Made by a program: the position numbers and the translations under genes
In this document: positions 51,697 through 59,963 of the stretch, in pieces
How the letters are laid out: each line of letters begins with the position of its first letter
Position numbering within the stretch: the stretch's first letter is position 1
Source of the DNA: Obrimoposthia wandeli
Taxonomy: Eukaryota
Reading direction: 5' to 3'
Assembly: GCA_977020255.1 (NCBI GenBank)
Contig: CDROCS010001101.1
Span: 372,001-436,000 of the forward strand
Length of the DNA stretch: 64,000 bases
Notes under the pieces: generated by a model
Seen by the model: only the letters and a program-made list of their open reading frames with translations
Database searches by the model: none
Told to the model about the DNA's origin: nothing

Positions 51697-52596
51697 TTAT
51701 ATCTCTTGATTCTCAGTAACATCTAAGAAATTTTCCGCATTCCAATTCTTAACATCGGCACTTAAGTCCTTTAGTAGCTCGTTAAATTCACTATTAGACA
51801 CGCCATTATCATCGATAATTGCTGACTCTCTCCACTTTTCTGAATGAGAGAGTTTTTCTCTTATAACCGCAGTGGCAATATCAATCCAAGTCGGCGGTGT
51901 AAAAGTAAAATTAAACGAAACAGCATCTGTAACGGCTTCGGTCATATGCCAAACGCCTCGTGGTACAAATAGAATTGAACCCGGTTCTAATATATATTCA
52001 ATACAATCTGCAGGGAATGCTTCTGGAAATTCTTTATCTGCATAACCTGCTAGCTCATGGTCAACTGGGTGGCCGATCACATGGCGAGTCATTGGATTAT
52101 TAATGGTTTTATTTTCTGCTAACCACCATTTTTTTGTGCCTTCTAATTGCACAACAAAATTATAATTCTGATCGAAATGAGGCGCATTGCCCTTGCCCGC
52201 TGGTGATGCGTAGACTAAGTTTCTAACGTAGGTCAACTCAGAGAAACCAATTTCCTTTCTGATTTTTTGATTCCACATGTCAAACTCAGGAATCATTCTA
52301 TTGACGTCATTAAAAAGAATGCAGTTACCACAATAATATTCATTAATCGCGTCTTCAGGAGAAACTGAAGTCTTTGAAATTTCATCTGCAACCTGTGGAT
52401 TAAAAACATCCACAGTGTCTTGCCAGTAAGCCGCAAGGTTTTCAACAGATTTAAGAAATGGAAGACCCATCAAATCTTTAAGGGATTCTGTATTACCATG
52501 GGATACAAAAGGTGTTTGAGACTCGAGTAACTTTAAAAATTCTTCTTTGGTGTTATCACCAATAAGTGACTGTAGATTGATTTCTGTATTACTCAT
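51697..52596 (-). CDS. JmjC/cupin 2-oxoglutarate-Fe(II) oxygenase (RoxA/YcfD-like)
   Basis: PHFD...GVWH facial triad, VQLEGTKKW, LEPGSILFVPRG; ATG 52596 preferred (ORF track 52623). Confidence 0.85.
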   Translation of the reverse strand: MSNTEINLQSLIGDNTKEEFLKLLESQTPFVSHGNTESLKDLMGLPFLKSVENLAAYWQDTVDVFNPQVADEISKTSVSPEDAINEYYCGNCILFNDVNRMIPEFDMWNQKIRKEIGFSELTYVRNLVYASPAGKGNAPHFDQNYNFVVQLEGTKKWWLAENKTINNPMTRHVIGHPVDHELAGYADKEFPEAFPADCIEYILEPGSILFVPRGVWHMTEAVTDAVSFNFTFTPPTWIDIATAVIREKLSHSEKWRESAIIDDNGVSNSEFNELLKDLSADVKNWNAENFLDVTENQEI

Positions 52597-52681
52597 ATTT
52601 AATTCGCGTAATTTAATGGTCAATAATGCGGACTATCGCATGAAACAAGCAATATGAAAACTAATAACGAAACAGATAACT

Positions 52682-52762
52682 ATCATATCCTTTAGCTAAT
52701 ATCGCTGTTTGTTGATTTCGCTGAGCATCAAAAAATATACCTCATATAAATTTATATTGCGG
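52682..52762 (-). pseudogene. relic of ldhA 5' region and its RBS/upstream sequence
   Basis: 52682-52735 is 49/54 identical to ldhA 50867-50920; 52740-52762 is identical to 51011-51033. Confidence 0.85.
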
Positions 52763-52913
52763 CTAAGGATAAAACGAACTGCATTTCCTTTTAAAGGACG
52801 TACTATATTTCAAATACTTGTCCACGCCATTTATCATCTATTTCTCTGCAATAACCAGAGATGTTTGACTCTTAGAAACACAAGCCTCCTACCTAGACTT
52901 GTAACACTTTGGT

Positions 52914-53456
52914 CTAAGTGGACTCTTCTGGGATCTCGAGTAAGAAATCAGTAACCCCCACATCACGACCTTGTTGATTTAACAACGTAGATAACTGACC
53001 TCGATGATGTGTTTGGTGATTAAATAAATGACAAAGTAACTCGCCAAAATTACGAGTACTAATAATACCTTTTGTATTTGAATATGCTAAGTTTTTAGTA
53101 AAGTCATTTGCACTAGCTTCATTATGAAGCCAATTAGATAACAATAAATCGACCTTTTCACGCGCTATTTTGAATGCACTAAACTCAGGAAAAAGTATAT
53201 CATTTAATCCTTTAGGTTTAGGCAGTTCAAGTACACCTTTAAGTTCGAAGTAATTACTTGAATGCGTAGAAAACCTTGATAGCCAAATAATGTCGCCAAC
53301 TAATATGTGATTAAGCGTTCCCATTATAGAAGTGAAATACGCGCCTAAATCTTCATTGGTTCTTTCATCACTTAATTTATCAATCACATCAGAAAATTGT
53401 GTGTTCATACGATGATTGTAATCTGCCATTAAAATAAAATGACCTAATAGATTCAT
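52914..53456 (-). CDS. DinB family protein
   Basis: YFTSIMGTLNHILVGDIIWL, HLFNHQTHHRGQ. Confidence 0.9.
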   Translation of the reverse strand: MNLLGHFILMADYNHRMNTQFSDVIDKLSDERTNEDLGAYFTSIMGTLNHILVGDIIWLSRFSTHSSNYFELKGVLELPKPKGLNDILFPEFSAFKIAREKVDLLLSNWLHNEASANDFTKNLAYSNTKGIISTRNFGELLCHLFNHQTHHRGQLSTLLNQQGRDVGVTDFLLEIPEEST

Positions 53457-53527
53457 TGCTACTCCGAGCTATATCAGTGGAACGTCACAGAATCAACAGT
53501 GAGTAGCCCCAATTAAATAAATTATCA

Positions 53528-54142
53528 CTATGCCTTAATTGCAACTAAAGCGCCTGTAGATACCATTATCGTACCAGCAGTTTTGTTGATTATTGATGAT
53601 GCATTTGGACTCTTTAACATTTTTTTAGCTCTTAGCGCTAATAATGCGTAGCAAATATTAACACTACCAAAAGCCACAGACGCAATCATCATGATAGAAA
53701 TTACATCATAGGCAGTTACTTGATTTACATTTATAAAAGCAGGGAATAGACCAACATAAAAAAGAATAGCTTTGGGGTTACCTAAATTTATCATTAACCC
53801 CGTTAATAAATTAGCCAATAAAGAAGACTCTTTAGATTCTTGAATGTCTTCAGCAGTCACTTTTGTTTTAAGCAAATTGACCCCTAGCCAGATGAGGTAA
53901 GCTGCACTTATATATTTGATGAATAAAAATGCAGCACCCATGATTTCAGATATGACAGATAAGCCAAATAACGCAAAAAGAATAAATAGAAAATCACCTA
54001 AAGCAATGCCAACGATCATCATTAATCCCCTACTGAATCCAGAAGAAAAAGTGCGGGCTATCACTGAGAATACGGCAGGACCAGGTACAATAGCAACGAT
54101 AAACATAGCGCCAAATAGGGCTAAAAGATCTCCGAATGACAA
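53528..54142 (-). CDS. LysE family translocator
   Basis: VPGP, GNPKAILFY, hydrophobic helices. Confidence 0.9.
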   Translation of the reverse strand: MSFGDLLALFGAMFIVAIVPGPAVFSVIARTFSSGFSRGLMMIVGIALGDFLFILFALFGLSVISEIMGAAFLFIKYISAAYLIWLGVNLLKTKVTAEDIQESKESSLLANLLTGLMINLGNPKAILFYVGLFPAFINVNQVTAYDVISIMMIASVAFGSVNICYALLALRAKKMLKSPNASSIINKTAGTIMVSTGALVAIKA

Positions 54143-54211
54143 TGTAATTTCCTTAAAGTATAAAGACTGCTTAGTACATTACCTTGCAGACAAAAATGAA
54201 TTTTAACGCTT

Positions 54212-54245
54212 ATTCACTAGACGTCATGGGTCTGAGTTGAATCGC
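54212..54245 (-). pseudogene. 5' stub of the GNAT gene at 51070-51534
   Basis: 30/32 identical to 51501-51532; start ATG changed to GCG and codon 12 TAC changed to TAA. Confidence 0.85.
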
Positions 54246-54278
54246 ATTTAATCCTTTAAAACCATTTATTTAAAAACA

Positions 54279-54322
54279 ACATAACACTTAAGCCTTCATT
54301 GGCTAAGTTAAGCTTGTTATAT
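54279..54322 (-). mobile_element. degenerate attC-like site
   Basis: Coding strand ATATAAC (contains the MTase stop codon)...GTTATGT, 44 bp, imperfect hairpin. Confidence 0.45.
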
Positions 54323-54892
54323 CGTTTTACGTGCGAATATGTGACTTGCATGGCTTGCATGTCCTGACATTGTTGAACTCTCAACTACTTGAGATTGCTC
54401 AACATTGAATCCATCGAGTATATCCTTAAGTTCCGATAACTGGCTGTGCCACATCGGGACTCCAGCACCAGAGGTAAATCGATAGCTTTCATCGGAACAG
54501 AACTCAGCTAAATAAAGAACACCATTAGGCTTTAGTACTCGACGAAGTTCTATCAATATTTGCTTGCGAAGGTCTTCGTTAGGGATACACGTGAAGACAG
54601 CGCAGGTAACAATTGAGTCAAACTCGTTATCTGCAAACGGCAGTCTCGAGCCTAAAATATGCCGTAAATCTAAATGTGAGTTCTCGATTAAGCCTCTATT
54701 TATCATTTCCTTTGAAGAATCGACCCCGATTAGATGCTTATAACCTAAATGATGAAGTTGATTTCCAATACGACCATAGCCGCAACCAAAATCAAGCACT
54801 TTAGCGTCTTGAGGTACAGTAGTTACAAAATCCTCAGCTAAAATTTCAAGATTGAAATCAACACTCTCTGCCACACTATCCCATTCGCTCAA
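54317..54892 (-). CDS. class I SAM-dependent methyltransferase
   Basis: VLDFGCGYG, GVDSS, LPFADNEFD, RVLKPNG. Confidence 0.9.
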   Translation of the reverse strand: MSEWDSVAESVDFNLEILAEDFVTTVPQDAKVLDFGCGYGRIGNQLHHLGYKHLIGVDSSKEMINRGLIENSHLDLRHILGSRLPFADNEFDSIVTCAVFTCIPNEDLRKQILIELRRVLKPNGVLYLAEFCSDESYRFTSGAGVPMWHSQLSELKDILDGFNVEQSQVVESSTMSGHASHASHIFARKTI

Positions 54893-54910
54893 TGAGTAAC
54901 TCCTTTAATC

Positions 54911-54942
54911 ATATAAGATCCAACTTGAATATCGGGTTATAA
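54911..54942 (-). mobile_element. degenerate attC-like half site
   Basis: Coding strand TTATAAC (HAD stop)-CCGAT-ATTCAAGT-TGGAT-CTTATAT; R''/5-bp spacer/L'' intact, L' missing. Confidence 0.55.
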
Positions 54943-55572
54943 GCCAATATATGCAAAAGCTTCGTTTTTCTTTTCAAAGTTTTTAATTGACTGATGATGT
55001 TCCAATTTATCACCAACTAAAACAAAGTTAACGCCTAACTCTTTACAAGCCTTTAAATCCCAACTTCCATCACCAAAATATGTAAATGATAACCGGACTT
55101 CTTTAACTGCTCTTTTTTCTGCAATCTTCATAATCTCGATTCTTGAATAGTGATCATTAGAGGATGCAATTGGAATACCTGAAATATCTATACCAGCGGA
55201 CTTCAACTTTAAAACGGCACTCTCATACCAACCGCCAGTTGCAAATGAAATAACGACATCATCGAGTTCTTTTAAATTGGCGATAAACATGGAAGCCCCT
55301 GTGATTTCACTAATTGGCTTTTCATCAACCCTAGTTTGAATTTTAGCTAAGAATAAATTTTTAATATTTTCAGTCACTGTATTGGTATTTTGAATGTTCT
55401 TTTCATTAAAAAACGCTTTGAGGATCCCTGCATCTGTTACATGTTTATAACGAGCCCAGTTTGTATCAATATCGAATCCAGTTACTTCTTTTACAGCCTC
55501 ACTAAAACACTCAGAGTCAAAATCATACGACTCAATAAGTGTTCCATCGATATCAAACATTATATGGGGCAT
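54937..55572 (-). CDS. HAD family hydrolase
   Basis: FDIDGTL, ATGG, FGDGSWD. Confidence 0.88.
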   Translation of the reverse strand: MPHIMFDIDGTLIESYDFDSECFSEAVKEVTGFDIDTNWARYKHVTDAGILKAFFNEKNIQNTNTVTENIKNLFLAKIQTRVDEKPISEITGASMFIANLKELDDVVISFATGGWYESAVLKLKSAGIDISGIPIASSNDHYSRIEIMKIAEKRAVKEVRLSFTYFGDGSWDLKACKELGVNFVLVGDKLEHHQSIKNFEKKNEAFAYIGL

Positions 55573-56105
55573 ATTGCTGACTCCTTTTTTTCACACCACT
55601 CACTACGAAGCACGCCATACTTAATTGAGTCGTAGTATTCACCTTGGTAATATCTCACTTTACGAATACAGGCCTCTTGTTTAAACCCCAATTTTTCTGC
55701 ACAAGCCATCATACGTGGATTTCCAGACCACGTTGTTAGGCCTACTCGTTCAATGTTTAACGTAGAAAATAGGTGAGTAACCCAATGTATTAATGCTTTA
55801 TAACCTAACCCTTGCCCCCAATATTTGGGATCATAAATAACAACACCAGCCTCTAACCATCGTGTTGATTCACACTCCCAATAAAAACTAACCGAACCTA
55901 CTGGTACGCCATTAACCATTATTGCTTGTGCTTTTTCACCCTCACATAAGTTTGAAAAAAGACCGCTTTTAAACTCAGCCAGTGTAGGCTTTGAGTAAGG
56001 AAAATATGGGCCGTTAAACTTTGTCCATAACTCATCACGTGTAATCAAATTATAAAATTGAGCAAGCTCATCGGGGCAAGTTGGTTTAAGTACTACATTT
56101 TCCAT
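55560..56105 (-). CDS. GNAT (RimJ/RimL-like) acetyltransferase
   Basis: YWGQGLG, TWSGNPRM, LGFKQEACIRK; 13-bp overlap with the HAD gene. Confidence 0.88.
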   Translation of the reverse strand: MENVVLKPTCPDELAQFYNLITRDELWTKFNGPYFPYSKPTLAEFKSGLFSNLCEGEKAQAIMVNGVPVGSVSFYWECESTRWLEAGVVIYDPKYWGQGLGYKALIHWVTHLFSTLNIERVGLTTWSGNPRMMACAEKLGFKQEACIRKVRYYQGEYYDSIKYGVLRSEWCEKKESAICPI

Positions 56106-56177
56106 CCATGACCTTTAATCTAGTAAGTTAAAGTTAAAAGGGACATAATTGAGTTATACCGTTTTACGTTTATACAT

Positions 56178-56438
56178 CTATTCAGTTTGATCACCGAAAC
56201 TCTCTATTATTTTGGTGCCACAAACATCACATATTAGATGCTTATCACGCAGGTCCATAAATGAAGCGGCTCGTCCAGCGCCCCAACCTGCTAAAAAAGC
56301 GGTCATAAACACTTTTATACGATCTTTTCTACTTTCAGGTCTAACGGCTGAATTCGAGATCCTAAGTAAGTGATGATTTCTATCAGCTTTACATTGCTGG
56401 CAATACCTTGACACCAATGTTGATTCATTATTATTCAT
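56178..56438 (-). CDS. small hypothetical protein with CxxC...CxxC zinc-ribbon pattern
   Basis: CQQC...H and CDVC; RBS AAGGA. Confidence 0.7.
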   Translation of the reverse strand: MNNNESTLVSRYCQQCKADRNHHLLRISNSAVRPESRKDRIKVFMTAFLAGWGAGRAASFMDLRDKHLICDVCGTKIIESFGDQTE

Positions 56439-56467
56439 AAATATCCTTTTTATTAGCTAAGCCACAA

Positions 56468-56510
56468 CGATAACCAACTTTTTTGATTCCGTTTAAGCAG
56501 TATGTTATGT
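56468..56510 (-). mobile_element. degenerate attC-like half site
   Basis: Coding strand ACATAAC (gene stop)-ATACT-GCTTAAAC...GTTATCG, 43 bp. Confidence 0.45.
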
Positions 56511-56852
56511 ATTAATTTTCAACTGTTCCAATTTCCATTTGCCAAGATTTTTATTCCACAATTCTTGGATCTGAAGCTTTAACCCTATGTGTTTACCACT
56601 AACTATTTCACAATAACCAACAACTTGAGTATGGTTTTCTTGCTCTTCATAAGTCACAATGGTCTCCATTTCAGGTTGAAACCAATCCCCGCGGTTAACC
56701 CTAGCTTGTATCTTTTTATAACGATTCCCTGAATCGATTATGCCGTTATCCACTACAATAATATTTTGGGACTCGTATTTCATTAAGCCTTCTACATCGC
56801 CACTCCTATAGCACGCCAACCATATTGTTCTAATTTCTTTTAAATCAACCAC
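56505..56852 (-). CDS. NTF2-like (DUF4440-like) small protein
   Basis: GTG start after GGAG; YRSGDVEGL, ELWNK..GKWKL. Confidence 0.65.
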   Translation of the reverse strand: MVDLKEIRTIWLACYRSGDVEGLMKYESQNIIVVDNGIIDSGNRYKKIQARVNRGDWFQPEMETIVTYEEQENHTQVVGYCEIVSGKHIGLKLQIQELWNKNLGKWKLEQLKINT

Positions 56853-56873
56853 TAAACAAGATCTCCGAATTAG

Positions 56874-56914
56874 GCGTAATGCTGCAATAACAGGTGTTGA
56901 TTGCTTTGTTATAC
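56874..56914 (-). mobile_element. attC-like site with collapsed central loop
   Basis: Coding strand GTATAAC-AAAGC-AATCAACA-CC-TGTTATT-GCAGC-ATTACGC. All four boxes have VCR-type 5/5 spacing and an extrahelical base, but the loop is only 2 nt and R' is ATT instead of GTT. Confidence 0.7.
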
Positions 56915-56936
56915 CCGTACTAAAACTGTCCTTAAA

Positions 56937-57287
56937 CTAGGAAGTAACTAATAACAAAACACTACCTAGAAATGCAGGTATTCCTGATATAAACATAACT
57001 AAGCCAAATTGATAGTTCTGTCTTTTTTGTTCATGAAAATCAGATTCAAAATCATGACCTGAAACCATTTTATTAGTTTTATTCGCCGCAGGATCTTGTG
57101 ACCAATTACGACTTTGACTACTCCCCTCCCAAGTTAAGCTAGCAACTCCCCAGATAATGATAACGATGAAAAATAGGAAATCCATCAAACTTGTTGAGTT
57201 GAAAGCAGTCATGTACTTAGAGAGAATAAACACAGTTAAAGCTGCTAATAGGTTAGTAATAGCAACAACTTTAAACAGATTTAGCAT
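56937..57287 (-). CDS. hypothetical membrane protein (three hydrophobic segments)
   Basis: RBS AAGGA, 116 aa. Confidence 0.7.
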   Translation of the reverse strand: MLNLFKVVAITNLLAALTVFILSKYMTAFNSTSLMDFLFFIVIIIWGVASLTWEGSSQSRNWSQDPAANKTNKMVSGHDFESDFHEQKRQNYQFGLVMFISGIPAFLGSVLLLVTS

Positions 57288-57298
57288 TAGGGTTCCTT

Positions 57299-57352
57299 CC
57301 TTAACAGCCTTTTATAATGTTATAAGCATCGTCTTGATTGCAATTCTTAATG
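57299..57352 (-). mobile_element. degenerate attC-like site
   Basis: Coding strand CATTAAG-AATTGC-AATCAAGA...GTTAAGG immediately before the RBS and ATG of the next gene. Confidence 0.4.
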
Positions 57353-57659
57353 AGAACGTAGTAACAACTTGAAATACAATACAATATAATAAAATACAAT
57401 AACTTACCACTAAAGGTTTAGAGTTACCAATTCATTTGAATGAGTACCTATTGCGTAAAGCTCGGAATTGGGAAATTAAATATAACTGAAAGATCACTAG
57501 GCATGAGCAGACCGACGGTAAATCAACTGGCGTGATCTACGACTGAGTAATGACGTTAGCTAAAAAAGGAGGGCATTTCGGCTTAGCATTATGACACCAC
57601 TCCAGGCCTGAATAAGAATGACTTGGAGTAATTGTGCTAGCCGATAGTACTATTGCTTC

Positions 57660-57839
57660 TTACTCTATCGTTAAGGCCTCAATAATATGCACTTGACCAC
57701 TTGAGGTTGTGACTGAGGTAATATCATTAGATTGTAATACCTTTAAAATTTCAGATGGTAATTCAATAACTTCAGTTGAATTAAAATTGAAGGCACATTT
57801 CAATGCGCTATACTCTTCTGCCGTTAAGATATTTAACAT
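57660..57839 (-). CDS. 59-aa ORF, possibly the 5' part of a decayed gene
   Basis: RBS AAGGAAG, ATG 57839; MLNILTAEEYSALKCAFNFNSTEVIELPSEILKVLQSNDITSVTTSSGQVHIIEALTIE*; below the ORF-track cutoff. Confidence 0.4.
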   Translation of the reverse strand: MLNILTAEEYSALKCAFNFNSTEVIELPSEILKVLQSNDITSVTTSSGQVHIIEALTIE

Positions 57840-58087
57840 GGCTCTTCCTTGAAAGATCTATAAAACTATACTACTTAAATAGTAGTGCATTTTTTTAAAT
57901 GTATAGTTTTTATTAAAGAAATATTATTTAATCTTTAGAAACTTCCCTTCAAGTACTCGTTTAAGCCTAACTAATTGTAGTGATTCATTAAGTGGCAAAA
58001 TACATAACGAAACATCAGTTTTGTAATACCAAAGAGATTACTATCATAGAATGAATAAGTAGAAGTTTTAGCAAGGTAAGGGGTAAG

Positions 58088-58116
58088 AATAGCTTAGGCT
58101 GATCACCCTAAGCTAT
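58088..58116. terminator. hairpin downstream of DUF2956 gene
   Basis: AATAGCTTAGG / CCTAAGCTATT. Confidence 0.55.
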
Positions 58117-58155
58117 TGGTCTACGACGGAATAAAACTAAGCCGTAAAATAATAT

Positions 58156-58503
58156 CTAACCGATGACAAGCACGCCATTTTGTACGAGATAACCAGCAAA
58201 ACCAGCCCAGCTTAGTGCTAATAATGCCCAAGGTAGTCGGCTTGATCTTACTTGCTTTTGCTCACTTTCAATCTCAACATTACTTTCTTGTTCTGCTGCC
58301 GCCGCATTCGATCTTATTTTTTGTTTTTTCTGCTTATCGAGCTGGCGAGATTTAGCCTTATGCTGTTTTTTGTACTCAGCGATGCCCTTCTCGATACCAG
58401 CTGCGATCAATTTAGTCTGTTCGCGACTTTGACCTGGTTTTTTAATACCGCTAGCAATACGTGTAGATTCAGCTTGCACTTCTGTTGATGCTTTCTGTGT
58501 CAT
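58156..58503 (-). CDS. DUF2956 family protein
   Basis: KKPGQSREQTKLIAAGIEKGIAEYKKQHKAK.R..DK; C-terminal LPWALLALSWAGF. Confidence 0.85.
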   Translation of the reverse strand: MTQKASTEVQAESTRIASGIKKPGQSREQTKLIAAGIEKGIAEYKKQHKAKSRQLDKQKKQKIRSNAAAAEQESNVEIESEQKQVRSSRLPWALLALSWAGFAGYLVQNGVLVIG

Positions 58504-58722
58504 GGAATTTCACTCTTAATTCAGTACTATAAACCCAGTACTCTTAACTTAACTCAATTAACTTGATGATAAATAACTCAGGTCCATGTTGCAAGTGAGC
58601 AAGACCAAATGGGCAAGATTGCTTGATGTTTTCAGGTAATGGAAAAAACAAAGACCTCCCCCGCTTTTCAGTTATAATGCCCCACCAGTTACATGCCCGC
58701 ATTTAAGAGATATTAAAATACC

Positions 58723-59487
58723 ATGGATATCAAAGGAACCTGTATCTCATCAATAGTCGATGAGCACGGCCCCATTTATGTTTACGAAACCAAGAAAAGC
58801 CGCATTCTTAGCTTTGATGGCAAGATTTATCAAAGCTGCATGAAAATAAATAACATTAATGGATTACCTTTAGGTTATACCAAGGCGATGATGACAGGTT
58901 TGTTTTTTATTCCGACACTATCTACAACAGCAACAGCAACGGCGACTATCATGGGGCTCGGTGCAGGCTCTATGGCAAAGAACTTGCTCAATAGCTTCCC
59001 CGAGTTAAAGGTTCACGCGGTTGAATACCGTGAAGCAGTGGCTAAGACAGCAAGAGAGTTCTTCTATTTACCTGATACTGACCGCCTTGTTGTGCATATA
59101 GACGACGCGGTTAATCACATGAAAAATACCGACGTGAAAAGCGATATCATCTTTTCAGACCTATATAACTCAGATGGTATGGAACCCAAACAAGTACAAG
59201 CATCTTACTTGCGTGATTGTAAAAACGCGCTCAACGACCAAGGTGTGCTGGTACTCAATATCTGCCATACAACACATGAATTACAACAAGAATTAGATGA
59301 TTTACTTGCGCTGGAATTTGACAACCAATTACTGAGTTTCGCTGTAGACAGTAGCAACACCATCGTACTGGCATTCAAGAACGATATGCCTTCGATAAAC
59401 AGAGAAGATCTACTGATTAAAAGTAACTGGTTACAAGAAAAGATGAATATTCCGATGGAACGTTATGCCGAATTACTCTTGGCTTGA
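58723..59487 (+). CDS. spermidine synthase-like SAM-dependent methyltransferase
   Basis: MGLGAGSM, VEYRE, IDDAV, FSDLY, GVLVLN. Confidence 0.85.
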   Translation: MDIKGTCISSIVDEHGPIYVYETKKSRILSFDGKIYQSCMKINNINGLPLGYTKAMMTGLFFIPTLSTTATATATIMGLGAGSMAKNLLNSFPELKVHAVEYREAVAKTAREFFYLPDTDRLVVHIDDAVNHMKNTDVKSDIIFSDLYNSDGMEPKQVQASYLRDCKNALNDQGVLVLNICHTTHELQQELDDLLALEFDNQLLSFAVDSSNTIVLAFKNDMPSINREDLLIKSNWLQEKMNIPMERYAELLLA

Positions 59488-59516
59488 TAAGTGCTAACTT
59501 AAATAAATTGAATAAG

Positions 59517-59774
59517 TTAAATAGCTGAAAACTGATGCGTCACACGGCTTTTCGATTTAAGTGAGTTGCAGGTATTACAAAAGTAATTGGTCGCACCACA
59601 CGCCTGCAGCTTTTCAAGCTCTGCATTACAGTCAGGGCAAAAGCTTATCTTTTTGTAATCCTGATTGCAGCTAACGCAATGATACAGCCCTGCTTTCCAA
59701 GCAAGTGGCTCATGGCATTGATTACAGTTATTTTCATTCCGATTTGGCATAGTTAACATAGTTGGAGTGGTCAT
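59517..59774 (-). CDS. YfgJ-like zinc-ribbon protein
   Basis: CNQC...CVSC...CPDC..LEKLQACGATNYFCNTCNSLKSK. Confidence 0.85.
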   Translation of the reverse strand: MTTPTMLTMPNRNENNCNQCHEPLAWKAGLYHCVSCNQDYKKISFCPDCNAELEKLQACGATNYFCNTCNSLKSKSRVTHQFSAI

Positions 59775-59845
59775 TGCGAGATTCCAGATGATAGTAAACA
59801 GCGTTCATTATACCCACAAAGATATAGCCTTAATACAGTTTAAAC

Positions 59846-59881
59846 AAAAAAGGGGCTGCAACCTAAGTTACAGCCCCTTTT
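59846..59881. terminator. terminator after the HlyD gene
   Basis: AAAAAAGGGGCTG / CAGCCCCTTTT. Confidence 0.85.
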
Positions 59882-59963
59882 AATCATCGTATTAGCTCGT
59901 CTTATATTTCTAAAAAATACCTAACTAAGCTACATTCCTAACTAAACATGCATTAAAGCAGTA

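Noticed and set aside
51011-52762. 23-bp perfect direct repeat flanking GNAT plus JmjC as attL/attR of an integrated element
   Set aside because: The second copy is attached to a ldhA coding relic, so it is part of a larger duplication. No recombinase is present and the repeat is not at a tRNA or gene end.
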